A DNA stretch of 63,406 bases, the filler included, from Phoronis australis (Eukaryota; Animalia; Phoronida): the NCBI GenBank assembly GCA_002633005.1. It is 3 parts of 3 records of this genome, joined end to end, with 100 filler letters (N's around TTAATTAATTAA, not from the genome) between each part and the next. Parts side by side here need not be neighbours in the genome. Positions count along the whole stretch, not along the records: positions 17,705 to 44,942 come from NMRA01001069.1; positions 45,043 to 63,406 come from NMRA01000077.1; 1 more part is not named here. One strand, written 5' to 3'. Below, in pieces: positions 38,032-51,189 of this stretch; position 1 is the first letter of the stretch; each line of letters begins with the position of its first letter. Position numbers and translations under genes: made by a program. The notes under the pieces are model-generated. The model made no database searches. It worked only from the letters and a program-made list of their open reading frames with translations, and was not told where the DNA came from.

Positions 38032-38331
38032 AAGTTTGAAGTCTATAGTCACGACTAAATACCGACATGTAGTGGCGAGGCTGGTGATCGTAGAAACTAC
38101 GCGCACTAGGATTTTCTCAAGACTGTCAGATCTTGATCACAAATTAAAGACGTTACTGTGAAATTTTAGCGCCGTAGGTAAGGCATTTTTCGCCATGTAT
38201 ACGTTCGTGGACTGGGCGCTTATTTCAGCAAAGTCTGAAAACGCATGGGGGACGCTTATAGGGGCATGGGGGNGGGCATGGGGGGCGCTTAGAGGGGCAT
38301 TAGGGCGAATACGGAAGTACTGCACAATGAC

Positions 38332-38760
38332 TGTCAACAGACGGTATTTGGAAATAATACGTAGTACCAAAATGATGGTCTGCCGTCAACGTATTTTCAT
38401 AAACTTTGGAATGTAATCATCTATTGGTGAGATGATACTATCCTCCCATTTTCTGATAGATCCGAGGAATTTATGTGAAGCTAACAATAGACGCTCACTT
38501 TGAGGCGGACGCTGTGCCCCCTAGCTGAAATGTCATTTTTTCTGTTTTCCTTGGTTTCTCTGAAGTTCCTTGGTAGATTTATTTGAAAGTTGGTAAATAG
38601 CTTTCTGCTATAGAAGCGATGGTATGTTCCGTTTTCACCTGGATTGGATGTTTTGTGCCGTCTACTGGCCATTTTGAGGATACAAATGAACAACTCTAGA
38701 AACACACTGTTTGCGGTGCATTCGTGGGTGCATTTCAATGCTCTACGTTGCTGTTGCTTT
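38332..38760 (+). mobile_element. 3' fragment of the 27077-28167 HINE family
   Basis: Ends GTGGGTGCATTTCAATGCTCTACGTTGCTGTTG, homologous to 28131-28167. Confidence 0.7.
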
Positions 38761-39231
38761 AAAAGGGCCGTCCCAATGACGACCGCTAGATGAGTGCCTG
38801 CTTCAAAGTTGGCCGTTTGTGGCCTTTTGACTTATTGTTCATTACATCTTTCAATTTGGGACTTCCTTATAATTCATGCATATTTTTGAGATAGCGTTGT
38901 GTGATATTTGAGCAACACAGTCAATATCAAAGTTCCCACCCCCCCCCCCCCGTTCGTGTCTTCAGAATAAAAAATATTTCCACTTGAATTTCAATCATTT
39001 CACAAATCTTAGAGACTGTCCAGACTGGAGAAATTTAAATCTAATTTATTCTGATCCATGTTCATCGTCCAAAATAACCTGTTAGATGGTCACTGCAACT
39101 TCCTTGCGAAGGATGACTGTACTGACTGAACTGGTTTCTTCCCCATTGATTTGGTCAGGAGAATCAATTAGGATCATAATAGAAGACAACTGTTGATGCT
39201 AAACACCCTAGTTGTTAGTATTGATTAATTG

Positions 39232-39325
39232 GGACAAGGTTTAGTGTTATGTTGCACTACATTCAGGTAATCAGTACTGTGACAAGGTTTAGTGTTATGT
39301 TGCACTACATTTAGGTAATCAGTAC
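39232..39325. repeat. ~48-bp direct repeat, 2 copies
   Basis: GACAAGGTTTAGTGTTATGTTGCACTACATT(C/T)AGGTAATCAGTAC occurs twice. Confidence 0.85.
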
Positions 39326-39476
39326 CGTAATTATTCAGAGGAAACCTGGTGCAAAACATTTCAAACATGGTACAGTGCTCATTGTTGGGAAAACTGCATA
39401 TCTCTCGACATGTCCATTACTAAGACAACACTATGATTTTGTTGCCTAAAAACACCCAGAGCATTTAAGAGTCAAA

Positions 39477-39592
39477 AATACACTTCAAATCTGCATGTAC
39501 ATGGGAAGACAGTTAAATACACTTCAAATCTGCATGTACATGGGGAGACAGTTAAATACACTTCAAATCTGCATGTACATGGGGAGACAGTT
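39477..39592. repeat. 38-39-bp minisatellite, 3 copies
   Basis: Unit AATACACTTCAAATCTGCATGTACATGGGGAGACAGTTA. Confidence 0.88.
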
Positions 39593-40000
39593 GTGACGAA
39601 ACAATTAACATGGAACAACTGATCAGGCGCGTTTCTCACATCAAGGACTTTTCAAAAATGTTACATGACACATGGGCATTGAAAATAAAATTAAAAAACA
39701 AAAACATTGTCCTCCCTATTTTGAGAGCCGAGATGGAGATAACTTATACACATAAAGTACACTTCTGTAGCCAAGAGGCCTTCACCCAATGAGCTATAAA
39801 CCGTAAACTCGCGGGTTAACGACCATGCTCAGGTAATCGCCCAGCGCCCACCCCCGACTTGCCAAATTTCGATGTAAACGCCCACTGTTCGCGTAATTGC
39901 CCATAATTGCCCATAATTGCCCATAATTACCCAGTGCAATCGGGTTCAATGTTAGCTTCAGATCACCATCTCTGTTCAGAATGTAAACCAACAGCTTCAA

Positions 40001-40280
40001 ACTTCACCATTGCTTATGTGTAGATGAGCACTCAGTCATCAGCCAATACATGCCAACTTCACCGTGGTCTGTGTGTAGACATGTACTCAGTCATCAACCA
40101 AAACATGCCTACTTCACCATTGCTTATGTGTAGACATGCACTCAGTCATCAGCCAATACATGCCAACTTCACCGTGGTCTGTGTGTAGACATGTACTCAG
40201 TCATCAACCAAAACATGCCTACTTCACCATTGCTTATGTGTAGACATGTACTCAGTCATCAACCAATACACGCCAACTTC
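40001..40280. repeat. 55-bp minisatellite, 5 copies, alternating A/B variants
   Basis: Units start at 40001, 40056, 40111, 40166 and 40221. A = ACTTCACCATTGCTTATGTG..., B = ACTTCACCGTGGTCTGTGTG... Confidence 0.9.
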
Positions 40281-41080
40281 AGACAAAAATAAATGCTTGA
40301 GCTGTGCGCTTTTCATTTGTTGCATTATGAATACTTGGTAATTATTCAAAATGTCAACTGGTAGTATCTGTTCTACACAACTTGGATGTGGTGAACCATT
40401 GATTTTGTCTGTACTTTGATGAACAAATGATAAAGTGCATAATTTCACTTATCCACTATGTTTTGTGGGTGGAGATGCTCAATTAGTAACGTAAAGACAA
40501 AATTTAGTTTTTAGACTTGTGTTTTTGTTAACCTTCTACATTTAATACAAGTTTGCTTTTGACAAAATTTTAGTTTGTAAGTTTTTGTCATTGAAATTAC
40601 AAAATTTGTACTGATGTGATCTTTTTTATTCTGAAAAATGAGGCACGGTATTTTTTATTCTGAAATTGAAGCATACAAGATTTTTACTGTTACTTTTTTG
40701 TCAAATTTAGTATGGGTTTTGTCATAAATAATGTTGAATGTCAAAATTCGAAGAATTTGTAAAAATGATTCCTCAGTTACATGTAAAAAATATAGATATT
40801 GGTAAACATGCTGTTTATGTGGATTAACCTTTGACCTCAGTCCTGTTTTTGTATTGTCTTCCCCAAATACAGTTGCTTGGTACTTGTTGACTTCAGTGGT
40901 TGTGTTGTTTTATTCATCTCTCGCTATAGTTTCCACGATTTATAGATGAGTGCACTTTGCAAGCTTATGTGAATGAGAGATTCTCAGAAATAATTTTCTA
41001 CTACCTCAAAATGAAGAATTTTCACCATTATAATGAATCATTAAGTGTGTTGAAATTTTGCTTCAAAGTCCGATACTTCT

Positions 41081-41165
41081 GTGTTCAGGTGTACAATCCT
41101 TGGGTGTTCAGGTGTACTATCCTTTGGTGTTCAGGTGTACTATCCTTTGGTGTTGAAGTGTACTA
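41081..41165. repeat. 23-bp tandem repeat, ~3.5 copies
   Basis: Unit GTGTTCAGGTGTACTATCCTTTG. Confidence 0.8.
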
Positions 41166-41308
41166 CGGTAAAGTCACGTGATTTTCGGACACTGAAAATT
41201 AATTCCAATTGGACGAATCTCGCGAAACATCATTTTTGTGATGTCTGAATTTGGCGGACCTCCAAATTTGGGTTTCTGCTAGTGTCCGAATTTCGTGAGT
41301 GTACATTA
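41165..41308. mobile_element. Short MITE-like inverted-repeat element
   Basis: CACGTGATTTTCGGACACT ... AGTGTCCGAATTTCGTG. Confidence 0.45.
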
Positions 41309-44300
41309 TTCGATGAGCGGTCGTAGTATCAACATTGCTGGCTCGTTCATTTGATAGCAGTATAATTGCAGGTAAATGAGACTCAAATGGTCTGCGGGAT
41401 TAATTTTTGAAAATCTGGTTTTCCCAATAAGAAATGTGTGCTGTCGACACACAAAGACCGTTCCCGACAAGTGTTGGTTCTTCTTTTCAAAGATGCGCTT
41501 TCTCATTATAAAATGTTCGGCTTGCATTGCCGATGCTCAAAAACCGTTCTCGGCAAGTGATGGCATCTTTTTTGAAATATCGGGCTGCATTGTGAAAAAA
41601 GAGTCTTCCTGGTGACAAGTATGGGCTTTCCAATGAGTAGGCCTGGTTTGCGTTGATGCACATGAAACGTTGCAGACAACTGATTCTGTTTTGTAAAAAT
41701 GCCGTTTTCTCAATAAAAAATGTTGAGTTTGCGCTGTCAACGCATGGTTTCCTAATAAAAAGCTGGATTTGCGTATTCGACGCACAAAGAGGGTTTCCGA
41801 CCATCAAAACATGCGCTTTCTCAATTTAACGAATTTTGGATTAAACGTAACAGTTATGGATGTGGGAACGAGTTCAATGAAGAAAGTGATGAACAATGAC
41901 GAGAACATATTTATGTTTGTTAAATGTATCCTTGCATTGTCTGCTGGTTACAAACCGAAACGCAAGTTAACTCTGACACATTTATTTCCATATTAACTGA
42001 AAGCTCAGTTTCAACATGAAAACTTCGAATGAACAATTACCCAAAATAGATTACAAAGACAATCGTGATAGTAAAATGAGTAGTTTCTCATCGACTCGTG
42101 ATCCCCATTCGTCGTCCTGGTAGTTTCTGAATTGTTGAAGAAGCGCCTAATGCAAACGATGGGAATGCGTCGACTAGAACAGTGCTGCGCGGCTGAAGAC
42201 ACGATTAACTAACATATTGTATATATAAGGGCGTTGTCTAGAAAGCAAATGCAATTTCAAATGCTACCAACATCAAATTCACCCAACCGTTTTTTACAAT
42301 TAAAGCTTTCTCATCCACAGCCTTTGAAACGCCTGATGCTAACTCAGTGATACACTGGTGCGTCTTCATGCAACTGAGCAGACCTAACACATCTGGGTTC
42401 GCTTACGTTTTTAACCACAGTGAAAACTCTGACTTGTGAAATCTGTGGATGAAATGAAACATTTTCTGATAATCTGCGTGGAAGATAACGGCCATTTCTT
42501 CTGGTCGTCACCAGCACCAGTTTAGCGCCGTCCACGGTCGTCAACAATTTCGCGCAGCTCAGTCTCCCTCAGTCACTACTAATTTACGCCACCCCCTCTC
42601 CTGCTGCACGCCAATGTCGATTTTGTGCCACTAATTCTAAGGGAGTCTGCTAGGTGCACCACCCTGCCAAGACCATTGTTGCGCACGTTGATACAATAGA
42701 CTACTGGGCAGATCACGACTGTTAGAAGAATCGACTAGTGACGACCTGAAAAGAAAAACGAAAGCATTCAATTTGGGACGGCATGAATTCATGAAGGACG
42801 CAAACCAGGCAATTCAAGAACCGATCTATTATTGATATACTTAATTTTCTTTCTTAATATACTTAACTAATTACAATCCATCTATGTCGACCGTTTTCAT
42901 TTCATTGCGTCATATATTTGCTACAGTTAGAATAGTTCTTCCCACAACAGGTCTCTGCTGATGGACACTACACACTTCTGCTAACATTTTAAGTATGAAC
43001 AGTTGTGAGTTTACTGAAGTCTAATTATAAGTACAGAAATGTTGTTGAAGAATAACAGTGACTATCTGAAGAGGGGAATACATAAAATAAAATATGGAAA
43101 CACCAAACAAAAATCAAAACAACACTTACCTGTTGCAATAACGCCTTAAACCCGAACGGAATGTTAGTTGAACATGTTAGTCGAACAAAACTGTCTCAAT
43201 GAAATTTTCATGGTTTACAGGTTTAAGAAGATCCACCGTAGATTTCCGTATATAAGTCCAGCAGAATGTATGGCCAATTTACGTATCTTAAATTTTTCCC
43301 TAAAATATACTTGGGATGCATATCTGGGAATAAAAATGCATGCTTGAAATCTAAAAATAATGCTATTCCCACTGGGATATAATTAGGGTGAGCTACAGTA
43401 TTTATACTGTGTTTGTGTATTCGGTATTGCTGAGTATAGGCCCTGGTATATTTTTACATAAGACGATTGGTTTCGCGAACTCATGTAAGGAAATCGCTGG
43501 TAATACTTCCCAAAATTATTTACCCTTGGTGCAAATAAGGCATCACCTCAAGTAAAAATAGAACAATAATAATAAGCAATGTAACAGTCAATCTCTTTCG
43601 AATCAAACACAATTAAACACACTTACAGCTGAAATGCCTCTAAAACTATCTTAAGTAATACAAAAAGCATGGTCTGTAGTTTAAGATCACGTTTCTTTTT
43701 TGTCTCAAAACTATCAACTGAAGGCGGTGACATGGACAAGAAGACAAGGTCCTGTGGAAAGTAGATATGGAACTGTGGGTCGGAAACACCTATCGGGCTC
43801 CAGGCCCGTTACATCGGACTCCAGGTCCTGTATTCTTGTTAGCCTACCCCTAGGACCACTAGAAGCAACGACTACCAAATCTGATTCAAATGACTTGTCA
43901 TTTGTCGAAATGATTGGCAGAGGATTTTCTTAGTTGCCGAGAGTGCCACAGGGTCCTGGTGTCCGTGTTGGGATTCATGTTAATCTCTACACAATGGAGT
44001 GCATTGTGTTGTACCTCAGACGGTACAGGGTGTGAATTAACAAGATCACAAGTAGACAGACCAGTGGATGAGCAAGCAAAATTGGTTCGCCGCAAGTTCA
44101 ATCTTTTTTAGGTTTACATAGGGGTAAAGCTCGTAACGCTAGGACTTCGCTAAAAAGCATGAGTTCATGAAATTACGTGATGTATTGTGTATTTTAATTT
44201 AAAGCGTGATTTTAGCTAGATTTTTGTATTTCCCAAGACAGCTACTGAACTCTACCCTAGTCTGCATCTAGGTGCGCAAGGGTGAGAATCTCACGAGCAC

Positions 44301-44942
44301 GCTAGACTGAAGACTTCGAGACGTATGGTGAGACATTGCAAGCGAAGCACACGATCGCACTATCTTCTTTAGCGAGATTCTTGCATCTGCGATGCTTATC
44401 AGAGAGCAATAGAGAATTTGTAAGGGTAGTGAAACGTGGTTACGTGGATGTACATTAGTTTTTGATATGTGTTATAGCACACCGGCACTTACACATCATA
44501 GGACGGGTGCAATGTCTCAGTAACAATTGCATGTGTGCCGCACCCCTTTCTGAGTGCTGGGCCTTGCACTATGTTTGATTTGTAACCAGCTTTACTTTGG
44601 CTCCGTCTCATTTGGCTGCTGCTGTTCACTATCTACACTACTTTGAGTGCGCGATATCCTACGGACAGACTTGGCTGTAGCCTACTGTGTATGGGGGCGT
44701 AAACAAAAAATATTTCTCATCGCATCAAGGATAAAATCCGGACATGTCATCGGGAGATTTTAGCCACTGACAAGGGCATTTGCAAAGGCCAGGACATTTT
44801 AAAAATAAAAACGTTTCGTAAACACTCAAGTTGATGTCATGCGTGCAAGTTCAATGTCACAGTCGGAAGTCGAACAGCACTGCCTAATTAAACCAGAGCA
44901 CATGTTACGCTACAACGAAAAACTGCAGCCTTGGGTGTATTT

Positions 44943-45042
44943 NNNNNNNNNNNNNNNNNNNNNNNNNNNNNNNNNNNNNNNNNNNNTTAATTAATTAANN
45001 NNNNNNNNNNNNNNNNNNNNNNNNNNNNNNNNNNNNNNNNNN
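44943..45042. other. Artificial contig spacer
   Basis: 44 N + TTAATTAATTAA + 44 N. Confidence 0.95.
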
Positions 45043-46095
45043 GATGCAATATTTCTCGACACTAGTCGTGCGGGGGATTCCGTATGAAGTCACCTTGACG
45101 TCACAGAATAGGAAGGTATTCCCCAAAGATGGCTGCCAGTATTTGCCGATCGTCATTGTGACATTTATAGTAAAAATAGACGGCAAAAGTTTCTAATGTA
45201 GAGTTATTTCTTAATATTTAGCGAACTTAAACAATGAATTGTAGGTTTCAATGAAATTTATTAATAATAAATGTTTAGCCTTCATTTTCACCGAGGTTGT
45301 TTTGGAACAGGCCGTCTTTTTTCCGTCTTGGCCGTACCATCCAAAGCCGTCATTTTTTTAAAAGGGCCGTCCCAAGGACGGCCAGGACAGCCGCTAGATG
45401 AGTCCCTGGCCTTAGCATTGGAGTTGCACAATGTATCTGGGGTAAAAATGTTAAACTATGATATCTGTGAATATAATTCTGTTGTATAACCGTAACTATA
45501 TTTAATTCATTGTAACATAGTTTCTTATTTCTGCTTAACATGTTGTTTAATTGACTGACGTGAAAAGTTTACCAAAATTAATGTTATAAGCTTGCTCATT
45601 TGATACAAAGTTCATCCATTTCCATGTGACACTATCGTGTACATTAACTACATATAGTGGTATCCGTGTGACACTATCGTGTACATTAAGTACATATAGT
45701 GTGGTATCAGCTTTTGCTATGTATTTGGTGGATTAACCATATTTTGGAATAAGTTGAAATACTTAAACTATCCTGTCAAACTCCAAGGCTACGTGGATAG
45801 GCACTCATATCTTGGCACTTGCATCTCCCGTCCAATGTATTCAAAATACGTTTGCAAACTTCGACTTAAAAACTTGTCTGTGCCACTCCCTGATTATTTA
45901 CAATAGTCTCAGTACATGATCCCGTCAATAAATAGAGTTTAAACATCACAACCATTTCATAGCGCGTGCGTTTGACAATAGTGTTTTGGTAACCAGGCCA
46001 AACTTCACTCTGAGTTTTAGTGCAATGAAAGCAGGATGCCAATTGCTCTGGCTTTCAAAGTAAGATTGATATGAGTGGTTAAAAAGTGTGCTGCC

Positions 46096-46151
46096 TGGAA
46101 ACAGTGTTGCATGGAAACAGTGTTGCATGGAAACAGTGTTGCATGGAAACA
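46096..46151. repeat. 16-bp tandem repeat, ~3.5 copies
   Basis: Unit TGGAAACAGTGTTGCA. Confidence 0.85.
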
Positions 46152-46510
46152 GGTTTAAAGAAGTGTCCAGGAGGTTTAGTATGTCTAAAAAAATTTAAAA
46201 TTTGACATTTGATCTTTTGAATATGGCATAATGGTCACAGATGAGAAAAGATGTAACCATCAATACATACGCCTGTATGGTTTTAGTCCATTGTAAAACA
46301 TTTCAGTTACTTCTATATTCCATTAAAAAAGACAAAGGTCCAATTAGGTGGCTATAACATTTTTCAAGCTCTCCTATAACATGGAATATATGGAAAATGA
46401 CGAATATTGTATCAAAAGAGCGTGGTCAGAAGTGTTTTATTTTCACTTTCCACGAATAACTTGCTTTAAGGATGAAACTACTACTCAAAAAAGTATTGCA
46501 TATTCATTTA

Positions 46511-47310
46511 CCGTACTCGTCGGGGTAACCGTCCAGGTCGCTTAAATTGGGAATCTAAAAAAACGGGGTGGGCAGTAAGCCGAGCATGGGTGGTTAAAAT
46601 CAAAATTTTTGAAAAGTCAGGAGTGGGTGCTTACTGCTTGGAGGACCGATTATACCCTCATGGAACTACACTGATATCGGACGTCAAGAACAGTAGTTCG
46701 AATATACGTCGGCGGATTGAAGTGACGTACTTCGACTCTGAAGTGGAATAGTGCATATGACACAGTGGCACTGTGATCCCAAGCGTGATTGGGTTTTTTA
46801 CATACTTTGCTATGGACGGCTGAAGTGAAGCACCCGTGGAATTTCTAGTCCGGAGTATCATACGTTGTAGTATATATAGTGTATTGGGGACGATCAGTCG
46901 CTGAGGACGCCTGTGGTTCTTCCCCGGCAATGAAATACATTAGACACGCAATGTCTCAGTGATCAGTAAATGCTGACATGAGTTCCACACGTGAGCCAAA
47001 AGAAATGATTGTGTCTTCTTCAGTAAAGTGCATGAGAATACGCCCATCGGGTATTTTACCGCCATAGTAAGGCAAGGTCCCGGTTCCGCTAAAACTGATT
47101 GATTGTCACTGAAAGGTAAGCGAGTTGCGCACATTTTGGAAGCTTAGTTTTGAGCAACGAATGTTCACAGAAGCACAGACACTTGAAAGTCTCGATCATG
47201 AAAAATTGGGGGTGGGTGGTAAGTAGAGCATCTGTGCTTAAAAATGAAAGATTGAAAATTTCTGGGGTGGGCGGTAAGCCAAGCATGGGCGGTACCCCGG
47301 ACGAGTATAG
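46511..47310. mobile_element. 800-bp Tc2-type (CCGTA) non-autonomous element
   Basis: TA|CCGTACTCGTCGGGGTAACCG...CGGTACCCCGGACGAGTATAG|TA; GGGTGGGCGGTAAGCC subterminal repeats. Confidence 0.82.
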
Positions 47311-47324
47311 TATATAAAGCTAAC

Positions 47325-47612
47325 AACAGACAACAACGACCTTCAGGTGGATCCAACAAATGCTGTGCCCCTAGTTTCAATTTCATTTTTTTCCGTTTTC
47401 CTTTGTTTCTCTGAAGTTCATCAACAGTTTTTTATGATATTTGTTAAATAGCTTTCTATTAAAGAAGCAATGACATGTTCCCGTTTTAGGATGGATTGGA
47501 CGTTTTTGCTCCATCTAGTGGCCATTTTTATGATACAAATAAACGACCATAAAAGCACACCATTTGTGTTGCAGTCGTGGGCGCATTTCAACGCTCTGTG
47601 TTGCTCTTGTAT
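47325..47612 (+). mobile_element. 3' fragment of the HINE family, ending ~30 bp upstream of an ANKAR acceptor
   Basis: GTGGGCGCATTTCAACGCTCTGTGTTGCTCTTG matches 28132-28164. Confidence 0.72.
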
Positions 47613-47644
47613 CTTCTGATTCTTTTCATTCATTGTCTTCACAG

Positions 47645-47803
47645 AATATTCGACTGCGAGCAGGTCTTGCACTGGCCATCTTCGCGTTCAATAATACGCC
47701 CCAGCAGTATGCTATACGAGAGGCAGGAGGGATCAAGTACAGTATATTTAAAGAGTTTCTTGAGTCTGACGACGAGTTTTACAGAAGTCACGGTGCATTT
47801 CAG
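47645..47803 (+). CDS. ANKAR: ANKAR exon (armadillo region), phase 0-0
   Basis: CTTCACAG|...CAG|GTACT; 159 nt. NIRLRAGLALAIFAFNNTPQQYAIRE...FLESDDEFYRSHGAFQ resembles the recalled vertebrate ANKAR ICLRAGYALTLFAFNNRFQQY...AAFQ. Confidence 0.88.
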
Positions 47804-48732
47804 GTACTAGCTTCATAAAGTGCTCTTGACTAGTACATGAAATTGTAAATTCCTGTGTGCTGTATTGGTGACAGGGAAGTCGTCTAATCTAGCAGATTGT
47901 CTATATAATGTACAGTCATGTGTTTATTTAGGCCTATTCACCAACATGTGAAGCTCACCGATATTGGGAATTGGGGGTGTGGCCCTATGGGTGAAACACT
48001 AGTTGTGTTTCACTCAAGGCTTGGAATTTTCCGCAGAAATGCGGATTTCCGCTTTTTTCTTTTATTCCCTCCGCGTATTTTCGTTATATTTCCGCGGAAA
48101 AAATCGGATTTGCCATAAAATTATCGCTGCAAATTGGTTTCTCACCATGACTAGAAAAGCGGAAACTGCTCTATATGTTTCGAAGGAGCGAAAACTGTAC
48201 TTGCGGATCACAGGCGCTCGAATTTCCCGATGACTCGTTACAATATTTAAGAAATGTTTTCTTAGTAGTGACTGACATCTGCGGCAATCGAACAAATAAA
48301 TTCAAGTGCCTGTGCCTGGGATAGCGTGGTTCATCAATGGCGGCTGCATTTGGTATAAAGTCGCGGTGACAAATAGTGCGATTCTGCGGTCAAAAATGCG
48401 TGGAGCATGGAGTAAACAGAATATTTCGTGGAAAAGTGGATGTCTTCACAAACAACATAAGCCAAGGTTTGTGTTCTGTAAACTTTGAGAGAGGAACTGT
48501 TATGGAGTGCTTGGCCGAGTCGCCTTGGACTAAGTCGGAATCGGAGGACCAACTGAAAACGATGAAACGCTAGAAATAACAACGCATCCTGAAATGGAAT
48601 TAACTCTGACCTCATGAGGAGATTTAACATGAATGTCATTTTATTGAAATTTGTATGACTTTTGACTTTCTTATGATGTTTATACATATACATTTTATTG
48701 GTATGTGACAAACCTTCCATTGTATGTTACAG

Positions 48733-48850
48733 ATTGTAGTTTTAGCTCGAGTCATCACAGAAGCCAATCAAGTTCAACTATCTGCAGAGGGTGTCACACT
48801 TTTGGTGGAAATTATCAAATCACAGGAAGACAATGCTGTCATCTTAGCAG
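48733..48850 (+). CDS. ANKAR: ANKAR exon, phase 0-1 (not in the ORF track)
   Basis: TTACAG|ATTGTA...GCAG|GT. IVVLARVITEANQVQLSAEGVTLLVEIIKSQEDNAVILA resembles ANKAR IVVLAKVI...LSARGVTILV. Phases fit both neighbours. Confidence 0.88.
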
Positions 48851-49207
48851 GTTTTTAATCATTTGTGCCTAACTAAAAAGTAGTTTACTAATTCAAAGTT
48901 CTCTTTGTGGAATTGTAATCAGGATTTAAAGATTGTGTAAGGAGTAGTTGCTTTGATGCATCATTTAGCATGGCTGTTGACAGTTCTAGCTTTTTCCTAA
49001 TATTTTAGAGTAGTTTTCTGACTCTGATGTGTCTACCTGGTACTAGTTATGAATAGAGTAAAAGTTAGTAAAGAATTGGTCTCACTCAATGGAGAAATTC
49101 TGGCTTACACTGGCCACTGCTCAGATTCCCTTAGCCCCAGACAACTTTAATATGCCTATTCAGCATGCCCTTTTTATTGATGTAGATCTGAGCTAATGGA
49201 GTGGAAA

Positions 49208-49360
49208 GGTAATAGCTACCACTACTGGTAATAGCTACCACTACTGGTAATAGCTACCACTACTGGTAATAGCTACCACTACTGGTAATAGCTACCACTA
49301 CTGGTAATAGCTACCACTACTGGTAATAGCTACCACTACTGGTAATAGCTAGCACTACTG
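49208..49360. repeat. 19-bp minisatellite, 8 copies (intronic)
   Basis: Unit GGTAATAGCTACCACTACT. Confidence 0.93.
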
Positions 49361-50660
49361 TCTCAACAATGGTGATTGTTATCACTCCAAATTGTTTTTT
49401 TTTTCTGACATTTGCAGAGAGTAGCTTTAACTTAGTACATTTTAATTATTATAAAATGACTAAAATGCCACTTCCCAATGGAACGATGGTTTTAAATGTT
49501 TCATACCGGTTTTCGTTATTTCATTTTTAATACTCCTGTCTACTTGTTTTCTTTTTCTTACCGAAAATGGGTTGAATATTTTATTTGAAACTTGGAGTAC
49601 CAAAACAGTGGTGGATTTTGATCGCCAACCAGACTTAATTAGTTTTATTATGAACACATTCCTGAACTTTTCAGATTACAGCTACACTAGACATTAAGTG
49701 TCATTAGTTCAAGTTTAATCTTTATTAGAATTCAAATCATAAAATTAGTATACCACAGTGCAAATATGGTGATAGCCAAACGGAAGATTTGGAATCTCTG
49801 AACAATTTCGGTTGCACTGACTACATAACTATTCTAGCTTTTTGTCAATCATAAAAATGAAGAGTGGGCACAAGTTAAATACAACTGTTTCCTAATTAAA
49901 AATTTGGTTTAACAAGATTGAAAGAATATTAAAAGGATAATCCATGTGATATTGTTAACTTTGACCAGTGTTTGTAAATCCACCAAGTGTATCAGTATAC
50001 ACGGTCATATATCTTCAATAATACCCAATGTTTGTAGTTTTTAGTAGTTCATTGATTTTTGAAATTTGAAAACCTTATATGATTGTTTTTTCCAGCTGAA
50101 TACCGCCGTGGTATTCGTTTTTAACAAAAATTACTGATTAATGCATTTTGAAAATTCACCATTATGTACAGGCATAGATATTTAATTACTACAGTTTATG
50201 GTTGGGTAATTACACTTAATTGGGTCTTGCACACCCAGACAATGCGGTCATCACGACTGTATCCGACTCTGGCGCCGCACTCTCTTTGATCCTGCTAAAA
50301 GCCGCTCAGAAGGACGAGCTGTGAAAATTCTTGCATATCTTTAGAAATGAGTGACTTCCTTTTAAGCGTAGTATTCAGAGTAAGAAAGCGGATTAGAAAA
50401 GAAACATGTTGAAGTAAACACAGAAAAGATTGTGGATGATGTGATGTTTTATTGAAGCACAGTGTTTTGCACTGTGCGCTTTCTTGTATTGGGTCACTTT
50501 ACTTTCTTTTTTTGTGCTCTACCTCAGCTTCAGTGTATGAAAGGTAGTGAATGTGGAGTCAAAGTGTTGGGGGTAATCATGCTCAAGCAGTTTTCCTCCG
50601 TAGTTGTGAGGTTACCCTGTTGATATCCAAATGATTGAGAGAATGCTTCATGCTTTTCAG

Positions 50661-50967
50661 CAAGCCTTCTATCCAGTTTGGCACACACACGGGCAGGTAT
50701 TCCAGATGCTATGGTAACTTCAGGTGCAGTAGAGCTGCTCATCAGCCGTTTGTCCTCCGACAATGACCAGGTGCGCGCAGCATGTGCAGTTGCCCTGGGA
50801 TACCTGACTTTCAACAAGCCGGCAGCACGCTCCCTGTTGGTGGCCTGCAGAAATACATTGGGGCTGTATGACAAAATTACAAAGAACATCGGCCAGGATG
50901 CTAAGATCAGTCCTGAATTTGTCGATGACTTTGAACGTGCCAAGAAAATAGGGCTCCCAGCAAAAAG
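50661..50967 (+). CDS. ANKAR: ANKAR exon, phase 1-2
   Basis: TTTTCAG|CAAGC...AAAAG|GTATA. SLAHTRAGIPDAM...VRAACAVALGYLTFN...CRN...IGLP resembles ANKAR SLAHSRAGIPEA...VRAACSSALGYLTYN. Confidence 0.92.
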
Positions 50968-51189
50968 GTATAGAAGTGAATAAAAAATACAGAAATTATT
51001 TACTATTGTTTTGCAATTTTGTTGGAATTATTCAGTCATCAAACCTCATAATAGTTACCCAGTCTTCAGGTAGATTGTCCTTTTGCATCAGTTTCATGGA
51101 CATTTTACTGAATGATTTAGTCATTTTCAGTTAAATTTAATTTAATTCAGTATTGTATTTATGAAACTTAGTACTTTAAGTAGATTTAA

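Larger units (their letters stand above)
36227..38314. mobile_element. Tc2-type (CCGTA) element, sister of 18191-20110
   Basis: CCGTATTTGCCCTAATAACCGCCC...TTAGGGCGAATACGG; colinear with 18191-20110. Confidence 0.8.
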
